Notes under the pieces: generated by a model | Database searches by the model: none | The model's input: only the letters and a program-made list of their open reading frames with translations | What the model was told of the DNA's origin: nothing | Source of the DNA: Leucoraja erinacea | Lineage: Eukaryota | Assembly: GCF_028641065.1 (NCBI RefSeq) | Contig: NC_073394.1 | Location: 41,478,001 to 41,542,000, forward strand | Length of the DNA stretch: 64,000 nt | Reading direction: 5' to 3' | Translations under genes and position numbers: made by a program | Shown here: piece by piece, positions 48,700-63,002 of the stretch | Position numbering within the stretch: the stretch's first letter is position 1 | How the letters are laid out: each line of letters begins with the position of its first letter

Positions 48700-50520
48700 A
48701 CTGAAAAGAAAGAGATTAGTTAAAACAAATGTAGGTCCCTTGCAGTCAGAAACAGGTGAGTTGATCATGGGGAACAAGGATATGGAGGACCAATTGAATA
48801 ACTACTTTGGTTCCGTCTTCACTAAGGAAGACATAAATAATCTGCCGGAAATAGCAGGGGACCGCGGGTCAAAGGAGTTGGAGGAACTGAATGAAATCCA
48901 GGTTAGTTGGGAAGTGGTGTTGGGTAAATTGAATGGATTAAAGGCCGATAAATCCCCGGGGCCAGATAGGCTGCATCCCAGAGTACTTAAGGAAGTAGCT
49001 CCAGAAATAGTGGATGTATTAGTAATAATCTTTCAAAACTCTTTAGATTCTGGAGTAGTTCCTGAGGATTGGCGGGTAGCAAACGTAACCCCACTTTTTA
49101 AGGAGAGAGAAAACGGGGAATTACAGACCAGTTAGTCTAACATCGGTAGTGGGGAAACTGCTAGAGTCAGTTATTAAAGATGGGATAGCAACACATTTGG
49201 AAAGTGGTGAAATCATTGGACAAAATCAGCATGTATTTACGAAAGGTAAATCATGTCTGACGAATCTTATAGAATTTTTCGAGGATGTAACTAGTAGCGT
49301 GGATAGGGGAGAACCAGTGGATGTGGTGTATCTGGACTTCCAGAAGGCTTTCGACAAGGTCCCACATAAGAGATTAGTATATAAACTTAAAGCACAAGGC
49401 ATTGGGGGTTCAGTATTGATGTGGATAGAGAACTGGCTGGCAAACAGTAAGCAAAGAGTAGGAGTAAATGGGTCCTTTTCACAATGGCGGGCAGTGACTA
49501 GTGGGGTACCCCAAGGCTCAGTGCTGGGACCCCAGCTAGTTACAATATATATTAATGATCTGGATGAGGGAATTGAATGCAATATCTCCAAGTTTGCGAA
49601 TGACACTAAGCTGGGGGGCAGTGTTAGCTGTGAGGAGGATGCTAGGTGACTTGGATAGGCTGGGTGAGTGGGCAAATGTTTGGCAGATGCAGTATAATGT
49701 GGATAAATGTGAGGTTATCCATTTTGGTGGCAAAAACAGGAAATCAGACTTTTATCTAAATGGTGGCCGATTAGGAAAAGGGGAGATGCAGCGAGACCTG
49801 GGTGGCATGGTACACCAGTCATTGAAAGTAGGCATGCAGGTGCAGCAGGCAGTGAAAAAAGCGAATGGTATGTTAGCTTTCATAGTAAAAGGATTTGAGT
49901 ATAGGAGCAGGGAGGTTCTACTGCAGTTGTACAGGGTCTTGGTGAAACCACATCTGGAGTATTGCGTACAGTTTTGGTCTCCAAATCTGAGGAAGAACAT
50001 TATTGCCATAGAGGGAGTGCAGAGAAGGTTCACCAGACTGATTCCTGGGATGTCAGGACTGTCTTATGAGGAAAGACTGGATAGACTTGGTTTATACTCT
50101 CTAGAATTTAGGAGATTGAGAGGGGATCTTATAGAAACTTACAAAATTCTTAAGGGGTTGGACAGGCTAGATCCAGGAAGATTGTTCCCGATGTTGGGGA
50201 AGTCCAGGACAAGGGGTCGCAGCTTAAGGATAAGGGGGAAATCCTTTAAAACCGAGATGAGAAAAACTTTTTTCACACACAGAGAGTGGTGAATCTCTGG
50301 AACTCTCTGCCACAGAGGGTAGTTGAGGCCAGTTCATTGGCTATATTTAAGAGGGAGTTAGATGTGGCCCTTGTGGCTAAAGGGATCCGAGGGTATGGAG
50401 AGAAGGCAGGTACAGGATACTGAGTTGGATGATCAGCCATGATCATATCGAATGGCGGTGCAGGCTCGAAGGGCCGAATAGCCTACTCCTGCACGTAATT
50501 TCTATGTTTCTATGTTTCTG
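48700..50520 (+). mobile_element. CR1 ORF2 3' half
   Basis: RT motifs in ORFs 48626-50292; tail tttctatg. Confidence 0.9.
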
Positions 50521-50589
50521 TGTTTGCCCCTCTCATCTAGGCTTTCTAGTCTTTGACATTTTCACCCAGGGGTAAAAGGTTACCCTTTC

Positions 50590-52115
50590 CCTTTAGCCAG
50601 AAGGGCCACATCTAACTCCCTTTTAAATATAGCCAATGAACTGGCCTCAAGTACCTTCTGTGGCAGAGAATTCTACAGATTCACCACTCTCTGTGTGAAA
50701 AATGTTTTTCTCATCTCGGCCCAAAAAGACTTCCCCCCGATCCTGTGATCCATTTGTTCTGGACTTCCCCAACATCGGGAACAACCTTCTTGCACCTAGC
50801 CTGTCCAACCCCTTAAGAATTTTGTACGTTTCTATGCAATAGTGGTTTAAAACTGTATAAAGTACCTGTAAGGCATTCGATGTGCTGACTGGCGATAGAT
50901 ACGGATAAGAAAAGTGTTGACATCAAATGGGGCCTGAGCGATCCATAGTACAAACTATAGTCGACTGTAATAAAGTGTAATTGGGAAAATGATAGAGAAA
51001 GATTATTATCTGAGAAAAAGCATGGTGGCAGGGACAAGAAAAGGGTGAATATTAAAATGGAGTAATTATATTCATAGCCATGGCAAAGAACCAACATCAA
51101 AAGGTAAATATAACAGCATATAATTGACTAGGATGTGACTGAATGAATCCGCTCCATGTGAAATATATTTGTAGTACCTCTTGTGTTTTAAGAGGTAGTG
51201 TCCCATTAAGAAGTTGTGTGAGGGGACCTCTCAAACCCATTCATCTTTTATGCTTTGGACACTTGTTAGAAGCTTTCAACGTGGAAATTAACTGTTTATT
51301 CTTATTATATAAGGTTTGAATGAAGGAGATGTGCAAAGATGCTCCTAATTCTTTCATTTTTAATTGATTTCAGAAACTGGCCACGTGGAATCCAGGGTAA
51401 AGTGTTTGAAATGTGAGTTACGGATATGAATATTACGGATATGAGATGCCAACATTTCAGAAAGAAATCAGTATTTGGGGAAATTGTGATTAGTATACAT
51501 TTGGACTATGTATTTGAAATTGTCATTTTGGAAGATAGATTAGACAATAGACAATAGGTGCAGGAGTAGGCCATTCGGCCCTTCAATTTACCCAATATCC
51601 CCTGACTCCGCTATCTTCAAGAGCCCTATCTAGCTCTCTCTTGAAAGTATCCAGAGAACCTGCCTCCACCGCCCACTGTGGCAGAGAATTCCACAGACTC
51701 ACAGCTCTTGTTTTTCTGTGTGAAAATGTGTTTCCTCATCTCCGTTCTAAATGGCTTACCGCTTATTCTTAAACTGTGGCCCCTGGTTTTGGACTCCCCC
51801 AACATCGGGAACATGTTTCCTGCCTCTAGCGTGTCCAAACCCTTAATAATCTTATATTTCAATACGATTCCCTCTCATCCTTCCAGAATATACAAGCCCA
51901 GCTGCTTCACTCTCTCAGCATATGACAGTCCCGCCATCCCGGGAATTAACCTACGCTGCACTCCCTCAATAGTAAGAATGTCCTTCCTCAAATTTGGACC
52001 CCAAAACTGCCACAATATTCCAGGTGTGGTCTCACTAGGGCCCTGTACAGCTGCAGAAGGCCCTGTTTGCTCCTATACTCAACTCTTCTTGTTATGAAGG
52101 CCAACATGCCATTTG
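50590..52115 (-). mobile_element. Two minus-strand CR1 3' fragments (50590-50835, 51541-52115)
   Basis: Reverse-complement CR1 3' sequence and tails. Confidence 0.75.
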
Positions 52116-52889
52116 CTCTCTTTGATTGGAACAATTGGGGAACAATTTTCAACATTGCTTTTCTTACTAATAATGTGCTTCTGCATTTAAAAAATATTGC
52201 TCAAGAGTTACAGATTGCTGATTTTGAGTTTATAAATTATTTTGTAAATGCTTGTATTGATGCAAGTGCTGGAAGTTCAGAAAGTGTCTGGTAAAATGCA
52301 AATGAGGGTCCATGCAGTGCTCTGTAGGTCAATTATACCAGACCCTGTCTTACAGGAAGGAGATTTAAGGAAAATCCCGAGGGAAGGCAAACGGTTGAGA
52401 GAGGGAAAGTAGATTGCGTGGGAGAAATAAATTTGGGCATTTGCAAAAATCAAGCAACCCCTGACCTCCTCCCCAGCATTGGGACTCCAAGATTTAACTG
52501 AACCCTTCGATCTGCATTGTGATAATGGAAGAGAACACTGCACAGCTAAACATGGGGATAGAATGAGGCCAGTAGCATAGTATCCAAGATGTGCTCAAGC
52601 ACTTGACTGTGCAACATGGACAGTTGAAATCTTAGAGCACATTACTTTGATGGCAAATATAATTTTACATTCACCTCATAGTGTTGTGCAACTTTTAGAG
52701 GCAGGGAAGTTAAAGAGAGTATCAGATAATCAACAAGTGAATTGGGAGAGCATATTATTACCAGCGGATAAGCATGTACTGATTGATAGTCAAAGACAAT
52801 GTGGTGAATCCGGCCACAATGATGGTGAAGGACTATCTCCCCCCCCACAGATAAGGAAGCCTGTTTCACAACAGAATGCATCAGCCTTA

Positions 52890-53060
52890 AGGGCCTGTCC
52901 CACTTGGTGATTTTCCAGCGGCGACAAAAAAAATGTTGCGACACTTGAGGAAACACCGTGCGTCAATACCACGTCGCGCGGCATCGCGCCGCATCTTTTT
53001 CGGTGACCTGACATGTCAGCCAATGATGCTGGCATGCGCTGAAAAAGTGGGACAGTCCCT
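52890..53060. mobile_element. PIF/Harbinger-type MITE
   Basis: TIRs agggcctgtcccactt / aagtgggacagtccct with a TTA target duplication. Confidence 0.7.
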
Positions 53061-53459
53061 TTAACTACTTTAACTACATTCTATCTTGACCATTTTCCCA
53101 TCATGCTCCCCAGTATGGAAATTCCAGGGTTAACCAAACTATAACCTACTCATCTTCCTTACAATACTCAAAATTTCCTACATCACATTTTCATTTCAAA
53201 AGTGCAGACACTTCTGCTTTTCACAATAGTCTGATGTAATGAAGGGCAGGGGAATTTGCTTCCTCTGCTGGCATGTATTGATGACTAACGTGAGTTTAGT
53301 CAAAACTGCAAAACTTAACAATTCTATTTTAACCAACACTGAGGTTTAAAGCAAGACATTTTGAATTGAGCAAGATGCCCCATCTAAGTACAGTCAACGC
53401 ATTTAATAAAGCAGTGTCTAAATCAAAAGGCGTGTAAATAACACGTATACTGTATGCCA

Positions 53460-54010
53460 GGCCGATTAGGAAAAGGGGTGATGCACCGAGACCTGGGTGT
53501 CATGATACATCAGTCATTGAAAGTAGGCATGCAGGTGCAGCAGGCAGTGAAGAAAGCTAATGGTATGTTAGCATTCATAGCAAAATGATTTGAGTATAAG
53601 AGCAGGGAGGTTCTACTGCAGTTGTACAGGGTCTTGGTGATACCACACTTGGAGTATTGCGTACAGTTTTGGTCTCCTAATCTGAGGAAAGACATTCTTG
53701 CCATAGAGGGAGTACTGAGAAGGTTCACCAGACTAATTCCTGGGATGTCAGGACTTTCATATTGAGAAAGACTGGATAGACTCGGCTTGTACTCGCTAGA
53801 ATTTAGAAGATTGAGGGGGATTTTATAGAAACTTACAAAATTCTTAAGGGGTTGGACAGGCTAGATGCAGGAAGATTGTTCCCGATGTTGGGGAAGTCCC
53901 GGACAAGGGGTCACAGTTTAAGGCTAAAGGGGAAATGTTTTAGGACCGAGATGAGTGGTGAATCTCTGGAATTCTCTGCCACAGAATGTAGTTGAGGTCA
54001 GTTCATTGGC
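53460..54010 (+). mobile_element. CR1 fragment
   Basis: Matches other CR1 3' copies in the window. Confidence 0.85.
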
Positions 54011-54024
54011 TCGTTGTAATGTTA

Positions 54025-57000
54025 TGTCTCTGGCTGAGTTTGTCAGGGTCAAGAACATTAAAACTGTTGAAACACGAAGGCTTCGTTAATTCCCTTTTGG
54101 GGAGGAGAGGTTCGGCCAGTTGGCAGGGTTGACTTGCAGTGCCACCTAGCGACACGTGTGCACAAGCTGAACTTTCTTATTGTCCCCGGCAAAGTAACAA
54201 CTCTACTTGGTATTGATGTCTGCCGGGATCTGAGTGATAAGCTTTGCAGAAGAGGTGCATCAACTTTCCCCTGCCTAAGATTCCACTGAACAAATTCTCG
54301 CTCAGTATAAGGTACATTTTGACAACAAGCTTGGAAAGATGCCACTCAAATACTCAATTGTAACCAACCCTGACATAATGCCTGGTAGACTAAAATGCTG
54401 GAGAAACTCAGCGGGTGAGGCAGCATCTATGGAGCGAAGGAAATAGGCCAATTTAAAGGAAGTACTGGATCGGGTGAAGGACATCGACCTTAAACTTAAC
54501 CCCCGAAAATGCAGGTTTCGTGTCAGAGAAGTAAAGTACATAGGACACGTTTTTACTAGTGATGGACCCAAACTAGATCCTTCCAAGACCAGTTCCCAAG
54601 GATGTAACCAGCTTACAAAGATTCCTTGGCATGGTGAATTGCCTGGGTAAGTTCATTCTGAACTTCAGCGAACTGTCAGCACCACTGCAGCAGCTGACAC
54701 ACAGAGACGCAAGCTGGTCCTGGTACACATTTGTCTAAAACAGCAGTTATCCTGTGCCCCGACTCTGGCTTACTTTGATGTAAAACTGCTGGTAATGCTA
54801 ACCTGCGATGCCTCCCAGTACGGACTGAGTCTGCCTGTCATCAGAGTGATAGTGACAACAAACCTGTGTCATATACCTCTCGCACGATGTCTGACACCGA
54901 GCAATACTATGCTCAAATCGAAAAGGATACACTGCCATGGACTTTGCCAACATAAAATTCAAAGACTTTATTTTTGGAAAGTCTGTAACTGTTGAAAGAG
55001 ACCACCAGCCCCTAATCAGCATTCTAAACAAGCCGATCCATGCTGTAGATGCATGCAACCAATCATATATAGGTTAGCATCACTAACCCCGCCTTACTGT
55101 ATCATTTATATTCACACCCACTTCCTATGCTACGCAGTTGGGGTAGCAGACAGGATGCAGTGACAACTAACATGCTACTGTGCTGTTAAGTCTGTATGTA
55201 GATTAAAGATGATCTTAAATTCCATGCCGTGTATATGTCTATGTCTTATCTACACTTGCTGCTCCCGCTCGTCTGCAGCGGATGATGATGCAGCTTCAAA
55301 GGTACGATATCAACCTGGTTTACACGGCAGGCAAAGACATACACCTAGCCGACACACTATCCAGAGCCCCATGCAAGACCAGCGAGCAACAAATAGTCAA
55401 CGACACGTACATTGTGATGATGGTGTTGTACCTTCCCACAGAGTGCCTGGACAACTTGGCTGCCCAGACAGCAGCCGATGACACCCTACAGTCCCTGTCC
55501 TCGACTATCCGGCATGGCTGGCTGGATAAACAGCACAAGGTACCTGTTGCCATTCGCCCATTCTTCCCGGTCGGTGACGAGCTAGTGCTCCAGGACGGTG
55601 TGATTGTCAAAGGACACAAGGCGGTCATTCCAACTGCTGTACGAGACAAGTATTTCGACTTGGAGCACGTGGGACATCCCGACATCGCGGCAACCATCCC
55701 TTCGAGCCAAGAGCATGTTTCTCTGGCCCGGAATGACCGAGTTTATACGAAAGAAAGTGGAAGCCTGCGTGACCTGCAATAGCCCGGCACCCCATCAACC
55801 TAAGTAGCCGCTTCTCACTCACCCAGTCCCTGCGCTACCATGGTCCATACTGGCACCAGACATTTTCGAATGGCATGATAAACAATACCTGGTTCTAGTT
55901 GACTCGTACTCGGGCTGGTTTGGGATTGACTTGTTTTCCAGCCCCACTGCAGCAGTGGTGGTTCACAAACTAGTGCAACACTTTTCAAGTCATGGGGCGC
56001 CCGCAAAACTCCTGTTGGACAACGGTAGCCAGTTCATCAGCCAGTGCTTCAAGAATTTTGCCCAACGTTGGGACTTTCATCACATTACCAGCAGTCCCGA
56101 ATATCCTCGATCCAACAGGCTGGCCGAGAGGGCAGTCTGGAGTGCCAAACAGCTGCCAGCATCTGCAGTTCCTTCTTGAACACAGCTGATGGAAAGATCA
56201 CATTTTGTAAAGTCCGGCGTTTACCTGGACTCGCTCAACTTGAGAAACATTGCCCGGGTCAAGCAGGTCACTCGAGCCGCTGGCAAGGGGTCAAGTTGTA
56301 AGGCTTCAAACGGACAAGGGTTACGGATGCCTTGGTACAATCCACAGCCCGGCACCAGAACCACGCTAGTACATGGTCGACTCTGATGGAGGGACTTACC
56401 GGCGAAACCATCAACACCTTTAGCAGTGAAGGAACCGCAACCTGTAATCCCGCATCCAGATGTTCCTGCACTGTGTCACCGTGTGACTAATATTCTCCCA
56501 CCCCTGACTCCGTAGTCTGCGCCCAGCACGTATCCTGCCTTCTCGCCACCGCCATTGGTGTCCCACTCTCCCATCTCCCCATACCCGTCTTACGGGTCTC
56601 CAGTGCTCCACCAGCCCCCGGTCTCGCAATTCTCGCCAGTGAAGGATGGAGATGCGAGCCTGTATCGTACATGCACGGGTCGCATTTGCAAACCACCCCT
56701 TAGATATGGGGACTGTGCTTAACCTGCTCCAGTACTGATTTTATCAGACGCCAGTTAAACCTGATTTATTGTATTCACAGATATGTATTCGTAGTCATGT
56801 TATTTTCTCAAGATGTAGATCTGCTCTACCTAATACTAACACATATGTTATACAACACTCGGATCCAGAATCCAGTCCGGGTCTCACCTTACAATCACCA
56901 TATGTTACTAACGTTTTCAGCCACTAGTCATTAATCGGGATGTAGTCACGGTGGTGACTACTTTCAGTGTAACTTTACTGTATGCTAATAAACTTGTTGA

Positions 57001-57034
57001 ACCGTTACTTGGTGTGTTCTTTATTAGTTCTACA
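54025..57034 (+). mobile_element. Decayed Gypsy LTR retrotransposon (protease, RT, RNase H and integrase remnants; putative 3' LTR 56814-57034)
   Basis: KLNPRKCRF..YIGH, CDASQYGL, RLQRMMMQLQRY...LADTLSR, HxxHP..CxxC, DNGSQF and SSPEYPRSNRLAER. Short TGTAGA...TCTACA terminal repeat with AATAAA. Confidence 0.8.
55044..55254. mobile_element. Solo LTR inserted into Gypsy pol
   Basis: TGTAGAT...ATCTACA termini, 5-bp TSD catgc/cttgc. Removing it restores KPIHAAPARLQR. Confidence 0.7.
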
Positions 57035-57057
57035 ACTAATTTCCATCCTGCACTCAA

Positions 57058-60000
57058 AGCAATGGCAGGAATTTCTGGGCATAATCCGGAAGACGCAGGA
57101 TAATTTCATTCCAAAAAGGAAGAAAGATTCTAAGGGGAGTAGGAGGCAACCGTGGCTGACAAGAGAAGTTAGGGATAGAATAAAACAAAAAGAAAAGATG
57201 TATAACACAGCAAAGAGTAGCCGGAAGCCAGAGGATTGGGAAACTTTCATAGGACAACAGAAGAAAACAAAACGGGCTATACGGGCTGAAAAGATGAAGT
57301 ACGAGGGGAAGCTGGCCAGGAATATAAAGAAGGACAGTAAAAGCTTCTTTAGATATGTTAAGGGAAAAAGAGTAGCAAAGTCAAATGTGGGTCCCTTGAA
57401 GGCAGACACAGGTGAAATTATTATGGGCAACAAGGAAATGGCAGAAGAGTTGAATAGGTACTTCGGATCTGTCTTCACTAAGGAAGACACAAACAATCTC
57501 GCAAATGTACTGGAGGACAGAGGATCTAAGGGGGTAGAGGAACTGAAAGAAATTGTCATTAGGCGAGAAATAGTATTTGGTAAGCTAATGGGACTGAAGG
57601 ATGATAAATCCCCTGGGCCTGATGGTCTGCAACCCAAGGTCTTCAGGGAGGTGGCTCTAGAAATAGTGGATGCATTGGTAATCATTTTCCAATGTTCAAT
57701 AGATTCAGGATCAGTTCCTGTGGATTGGAGGATAGCTAATGTTATCCCACTATTCAAGAAAGGAGCGAGAGAGAAAATGGGGAATTACAGACCAGTTAGC
57801 CTGACTTCGGTGGTGGGAAAGTTGCTGGAGTCAATTTTTAAAGAGGTAATAATGGGGCATTTGGATAGCAGTAAAAGGATTAGTCCAAGTCAATGGATTT
57901 ATGAAAGGGAAATCATGCTTGACTAATCTTCTGGAATTTTTTGAGGATGTGACAAGTAAAATGTGACATCCAGTTCTTCTGGATGAAGGGGAGCCAGTGG
58001 ATGTAGTGTATCTAGACTTTCAGAAAGCCTTTGATAAGGTGAAGTACGAGGTGAAGTACATGGGAGACTGGTGACTAAAATTAGAGCACATGGTAGGGTG
58101 TTGACATGGAAGTGGTGGAGGCAGGTTCGTTGGTATCATTTAAAAATAAATTGGATAGGCATATGGATGAGAAGGGAATGGAGGGTTATGGTATGAGTAC
58201 AGGCAGGTGGGACTAAGGGAAAAAAGTTGTTCGGCACGGACTTGTAGGGCCGCGATGGCCTGTTTCCATGCTGTAATTGTTATATGGTTATATGGTTATT
58301 ATATGGATAGAAAATTGGTGGGCAGACCGGAAGCAAAGAGTAGGACTGAACGGGTCCTTTTCAGAATAGCAGGCAGTGGCGAGTGGAGTGCCGCAAGGCT
58401 CGGTGTTGGGGCCGCAACTGTTTACCATATATATTAATGATTTGGAAGAGGGAATTAGGAGCAACACTAGCAAGTTTGCGGATGACACAAAGCTAGGTGG
58501 CAGTGTGAACTGTGAAGAGAATGTTAGGAGGTTGCAGGGTGACCTGGACAGGTTGAATGAGTGGGCAGATGCGTGGCAGATGCAGTATAATATAGATAAA
58601 TGTGAGGTTATCCATTCACCATCAATAGCAGTGCAGTGGAGTCTGTGAAAAGCACCAAGTTCCTGGGAGTGCACATCACAGATGAGCAGACATGGTCTAC
58701 CAACACCATCTCCCTAGTCAAGAAAGCACAGCAACGCCTCCACTTCCTTCAACGGATGAGGAGAGCCGACCTCCCCCCTTCTGCCCTCACCACTTTTTAC
58801 AGGGGTGCCATTGAGAGCATTCTTACCAGCAGTCTCTCAGTCTGGTATGGCAGTTGCTCTGCTGCTGACCAGAAGGCCCTACAGAGAGTGGTGAGGACAG
58901 CGGAGAAGATCACCAGATCACGCCAACCAGCAATCCAGGACTTATACCCATCTCGCTGTCGCAAGCGAGCAACCAATATCATCAAAGACACCACCCACCC
59001 AGCACACAAACTGTTCATCCTCCTACCATCCGGCAAGCGTTACCGCAGCATGCGGAGCAAAACCACCAGATTCAAAAACAGTTTTTTGCCTCAGGCCATC
59101 AGACTACTCAACACACTCAAGAAAATTCCATGAACATTACACAAACAAAGACCAACTGACTGTCAAAATAACTTTAACTCAATGTCTGCAGTATGCTGAA
59201 GAAGGGTTTCGGCCCGAAACGTTGCCTATTTCCTTCGCTCCATAGATGCTGCTGCACCCGCTGAGTTTCTCCAGCTTTTTTGTGTAACGTCTGCAGTATG
59301 CTATTTGCACTTTTCTATATTGCACCTTTATTATTGCACCTTAATAACATACCTTAAAATTTTACTACACTCTGGCACACTGTGAATATTTTATATAATG
59401 TATATGTCCATTGTCTATCTTTATTGGTATATAGTCTGTCTGTGTTATAAATATTACTTGCACATTTGGAGTATGGGGAAACGCAATTTCAATCCTCTGT
59501 GTAACTACTGTTGCATAATTGAATTGACAATAAAGTTTACTTTGACTTTGGCGGCAAAAACAAGGGGGCAGATTATTATCTCAATGGGGTTAGGTTAGGT
59601 AAGGGGCAGGTGTAGCGAGACCTGGGCGTACTTGTACACTGGTCACTGAAAGTTGGCTTACAGGTACAGCAGGCAGTGAAGAACGCTAATGGAATATTAG
59701 CCTTCATAACAAGAGGATTTCAGTATAGGAGTAAAGAGGTTCTTCTGCAGTTGGATAGGGCTCTGGTGAGACCACATCTGGAGTATTGTGTACAGTTTTG
59801 GTCTCCTAATTTGAGGAAGGACATCCTTGTGATTGAGGCAGCACAGCGTAGGTTCACAAGATTGATCCCGGGGATGGCGGGACTGTAATATAAGGAAAGA
59901 TTGAAAAGACTAGACTTGTATTCACTGGAGTTTTGAGGGATGAGGGGGATCTTATAGAGTCATATAAAATTATAAAAGGACTGGACAAGCTAGATGCAGG

Positions 60001-60340
60001 AAAAAATGTTCCCAATGTTGGGTGAGTCCAGAACCAGGGGCCACAGTCTTAGAATAAAGGGGAGGTCATTTAAGACTGAGGTGAGAAAAAATTTTTTTTT
60101 TCACTCAGAGAGCTGTGAATTTATGGAATTCCCTGCCACAGAGGGCAGTGCAGGCCAAATCACTGGATGGATTTAAGAGATAGTTAGATAGAGCTCTAGG
60201 GGCTAGTGGAGTCAAGGGATATGGGGAGAAGGCAGGCACGGGTTATTGATCGGGACGATCAGCCATGATCGCAATGAATGACGGTGTTGGCTCGAAGGGC
60301 CGAATGGCCTCCTGCACCTATTTTCTATGTTTCTATGTTT
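57058..60340 (+). mobile_element. CR1 ORF2 with a nested CR1 tail and a Rex1/Babar insertion
   Basis: ORF 56982-57926 is from the same subfamily as 14652-18712. Nested elements at ~58110-58298 and 58615-59545. Confidence 0.9.
58615..59545 (+). mobile_element. Rex1/Babar-type LINE 3' fragment
   Basis: KFLGVHI...KKAQQRLHFL...HPAHKLF...SFLPQAIRLLN. Confidence 0.85.
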
Positions 60341-60909
60341 CCAGATCCCAGAGGTCATCACAAAGCTGGTAAAAGCCTACTTCCAGGACCTCCAGTTCTG
60401 CATCACAACACAGGACAACACCATCGCCTGGCAGCACCTTGAGGTAGGCATAATGGCAGGCTGTACCATTTCTCCGCTGGTTTTCACCATGGCAATGGAG
60501 CTCATCATTCAAGCATCACGATGGGTGGTTGGAGGCAGGGCCGGATTTAGATGAAGAGAAGCCCTAAGCTATTTCACTTGTGAGGCCCCAACCACAATCC
60601 CCCACCCCCACAAACGAGGACCATGACTACCTGACAGTGACAGTGTGACACTTTTAGATCCTACTGTATGTTGTCATTAAACAGTTGGTTTTAATGGTTA
60701 TTGGATTCACTGCGGAGCGGGCGATGCCTTACCTGGATTGCCGTTTGAAGCTCTGGAGTGTTGGGCCTGCTGCTTCAACATCATGGAGCTGTGGTTTGCG
60801 GAGCTCCCAGCCTCAGGCCGCGCTGATTTCAACATCGCGGAGCCCTGGGATCCCTTTGCCGAGGGCTGCCAGCGTGAATCTCCTCCCAGCTCAGCCTGTG
60901 GACTTCGGG

Positions 60910-62780
60910 TGGTGCGGGAGGGAAGGGAAGAATTGACCAGGGAGTTGCGGAGGGAGCGGTCTTTGCGGAAAGCAGACGGGGGGGATGGGAAGATGTGGCG
61001 ATTAGAGGTGGTGAAACTGACGGAGGATTACTTGTTGTATGTGACGGCTGGTGGGGTGAAAGGTGAGGACTAGGAGAGAGCAGTGTTACGGGGTATGGAA
61101 GAGACCCCGGTGAGAGCCTCATCTATAGTAGGGGAGGGGAACCCCCGTTTCCTGAAGAAGGAGGACATTTCCGATGCCCTGGTGTGAATCACCTCATCCT
61201 GGGAGCAGATGCGGCGTAAACGGAGGAATTAGGAGTAGGGGATGGAGTCCTTACAGGAAGAAGGGTGGGGAGAAGTGTAGCCCAGATAGCCATGGGAGTC
61301 AGTGGGTTGATAGTGGATTCAGTCAAAAGTCTATCACCTGCAATGGAGATAGTGAGGTCAAGAAATGGTAGGGAAGTGTTGGAAATGGTCCAGGTGTATT
61401 TGAGTGCCGGATGGAAGCTAGTGGTGAAGCGGATTAAGTCAGTGAGTTGCATGTGAGTGCTGGAGGTGGCACCAAAGCAATCGTCGATGTAGTGGAGGTA
61501 GAGGTCGGGGATGGGGCCCTGGTACGCTTCGAACAAGGATTGTTTGACGTACCCGACAAAGAGGCAGGCGTAGCTGGGGCCCATGCGCGTGTCCATAGCT
61601 ACGCCTCGTATTTGGAGGAAATGGGAGGAGTCAAATGTAAAGTTGTTGAGGGTAAAGACCAACTCCGCTAGGCGGAGGAGAGTGTCACTGGACGGGTATA
61701 GGTTGCTCCTCTGGTCGAGGAAGAACCGGATGGCTTTGAGACCATCCTGGTGGGGGATGGAGGTGTAGAGTGACTGGACATCCATGGTGAAGATGAGGGG
61801 GTGAGGGCCTAGAGAGTGGAATGCGTGGAGGCGGTGGAGAGTGTCTGAGGTGTCTAGAACATAGGTGGGAAGGGATTTGACCAAGGGGGATAGTATGGAG
61901 TCAAGGTATGTGGAGATGAGTTCGGTGGGGCACGAACAGGCAGAGACAATGGGTCTACCGGGACAGTCAGGTTTGTGGATTTTGGGGAGAAGGTAAAATC
62001 GGGCCGTGCGGGGCTGGGGTTCGATGAGGTTGGAGGCTCGGAGGGGCAGGGAGTCGGGGTGGATGAAGCCAGTGATGGTGCTAGAGATAGTGGCCTGGTG
62101 CTCGTCTGTGGGGTCATGGTCCAGGGATAGGTAGGAGGAGATGGCGCGTGGCCTCAGCCTTGTAGAGGGGGGGGGGGGGGAGAGAGTGAAACAGGAGTGG
62201 AGAAGTTGAGGTGGTTGATGCCCCCCTGGCAGTTTTGGATAAAAAGATCTAAAGTCGGGGGGCCACGAGAGGGGTTCCACGAGGAGAGGGTTCGTTTGAG
62301 ACGGGAAAAGGGGTCATCAATAGGGGGCGAGGACTCATTCCCATGGAAGAACGCTGTGAGGCGGAGGCAACGGTAGAAGAGCTCCAAGTCGTGGTGGGCG
62401 CGGAACTCATTGAGGTGGGGACGGAGGGGGACAAAGGTACCACCTCTGCTGAGAACAGACCGTTCGGTGTCGGAGAGGAGGAGGTCACGGGGGGGATGGT
62501 GAACACCCGGCAGGGATGGGGGTTGGGGCCGGAAGAAGGCAGGTGAGTGAACTGAGGACGAGGCTGATGTCTGGTGGGGAGGGTGGTGGGTGGTCAGGGT
62601 GTGTGTGTGAGTGGGGAGGAGCAGGGGTCACATAGTTTGAGGGGGAGGTGGAAGACCCAGTGGAACAGCCACTGAGGTTACCACGGTTAGGGAGACTAGC
62701 ACTAGGACCCAGTGCAGTCAAACCAACAGGAGTGGGAATCAGCAGCATGGAGGCTTCTGGTCCGGTGCTGAGTCCAGGCT
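60910..62780 (-). mobile_element. Penelope-like element (RT, degenerate)
   Basis: LPKIHKPDCPGRPIVS, MDVQSLYTSIPH and YIDD in ORF 61189-62280. Confidence 0.9.
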
Positions 62781-63002
62781 GCAGGTAAGGCAATGGCTGC
62801 GGGCTGATGGAGAACGGTGGAGTGGCCAGGGTCGGCGGACCCGGCAGTAGAGTCGGGGTCGGCGGGCAATTCGTGGTAGGTCCAGGTGGGCGGATGGTCG
62901 GTGGGGTGACGCGATTCGGCCAGCCCGGTGAGGCGACGATGTTCGGTAAGTCCGATCCGGTGGCGATTTTGGATGGGCCCGGTGCGAAGGCAATGTTGGG
63001 TG

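Noticed and set aside
52647-52910. 87-aa ORF with a possible acceptor at 52681
   Set aside because: No recognisable domain or good donor, and it runs into a Harbinger MITE.
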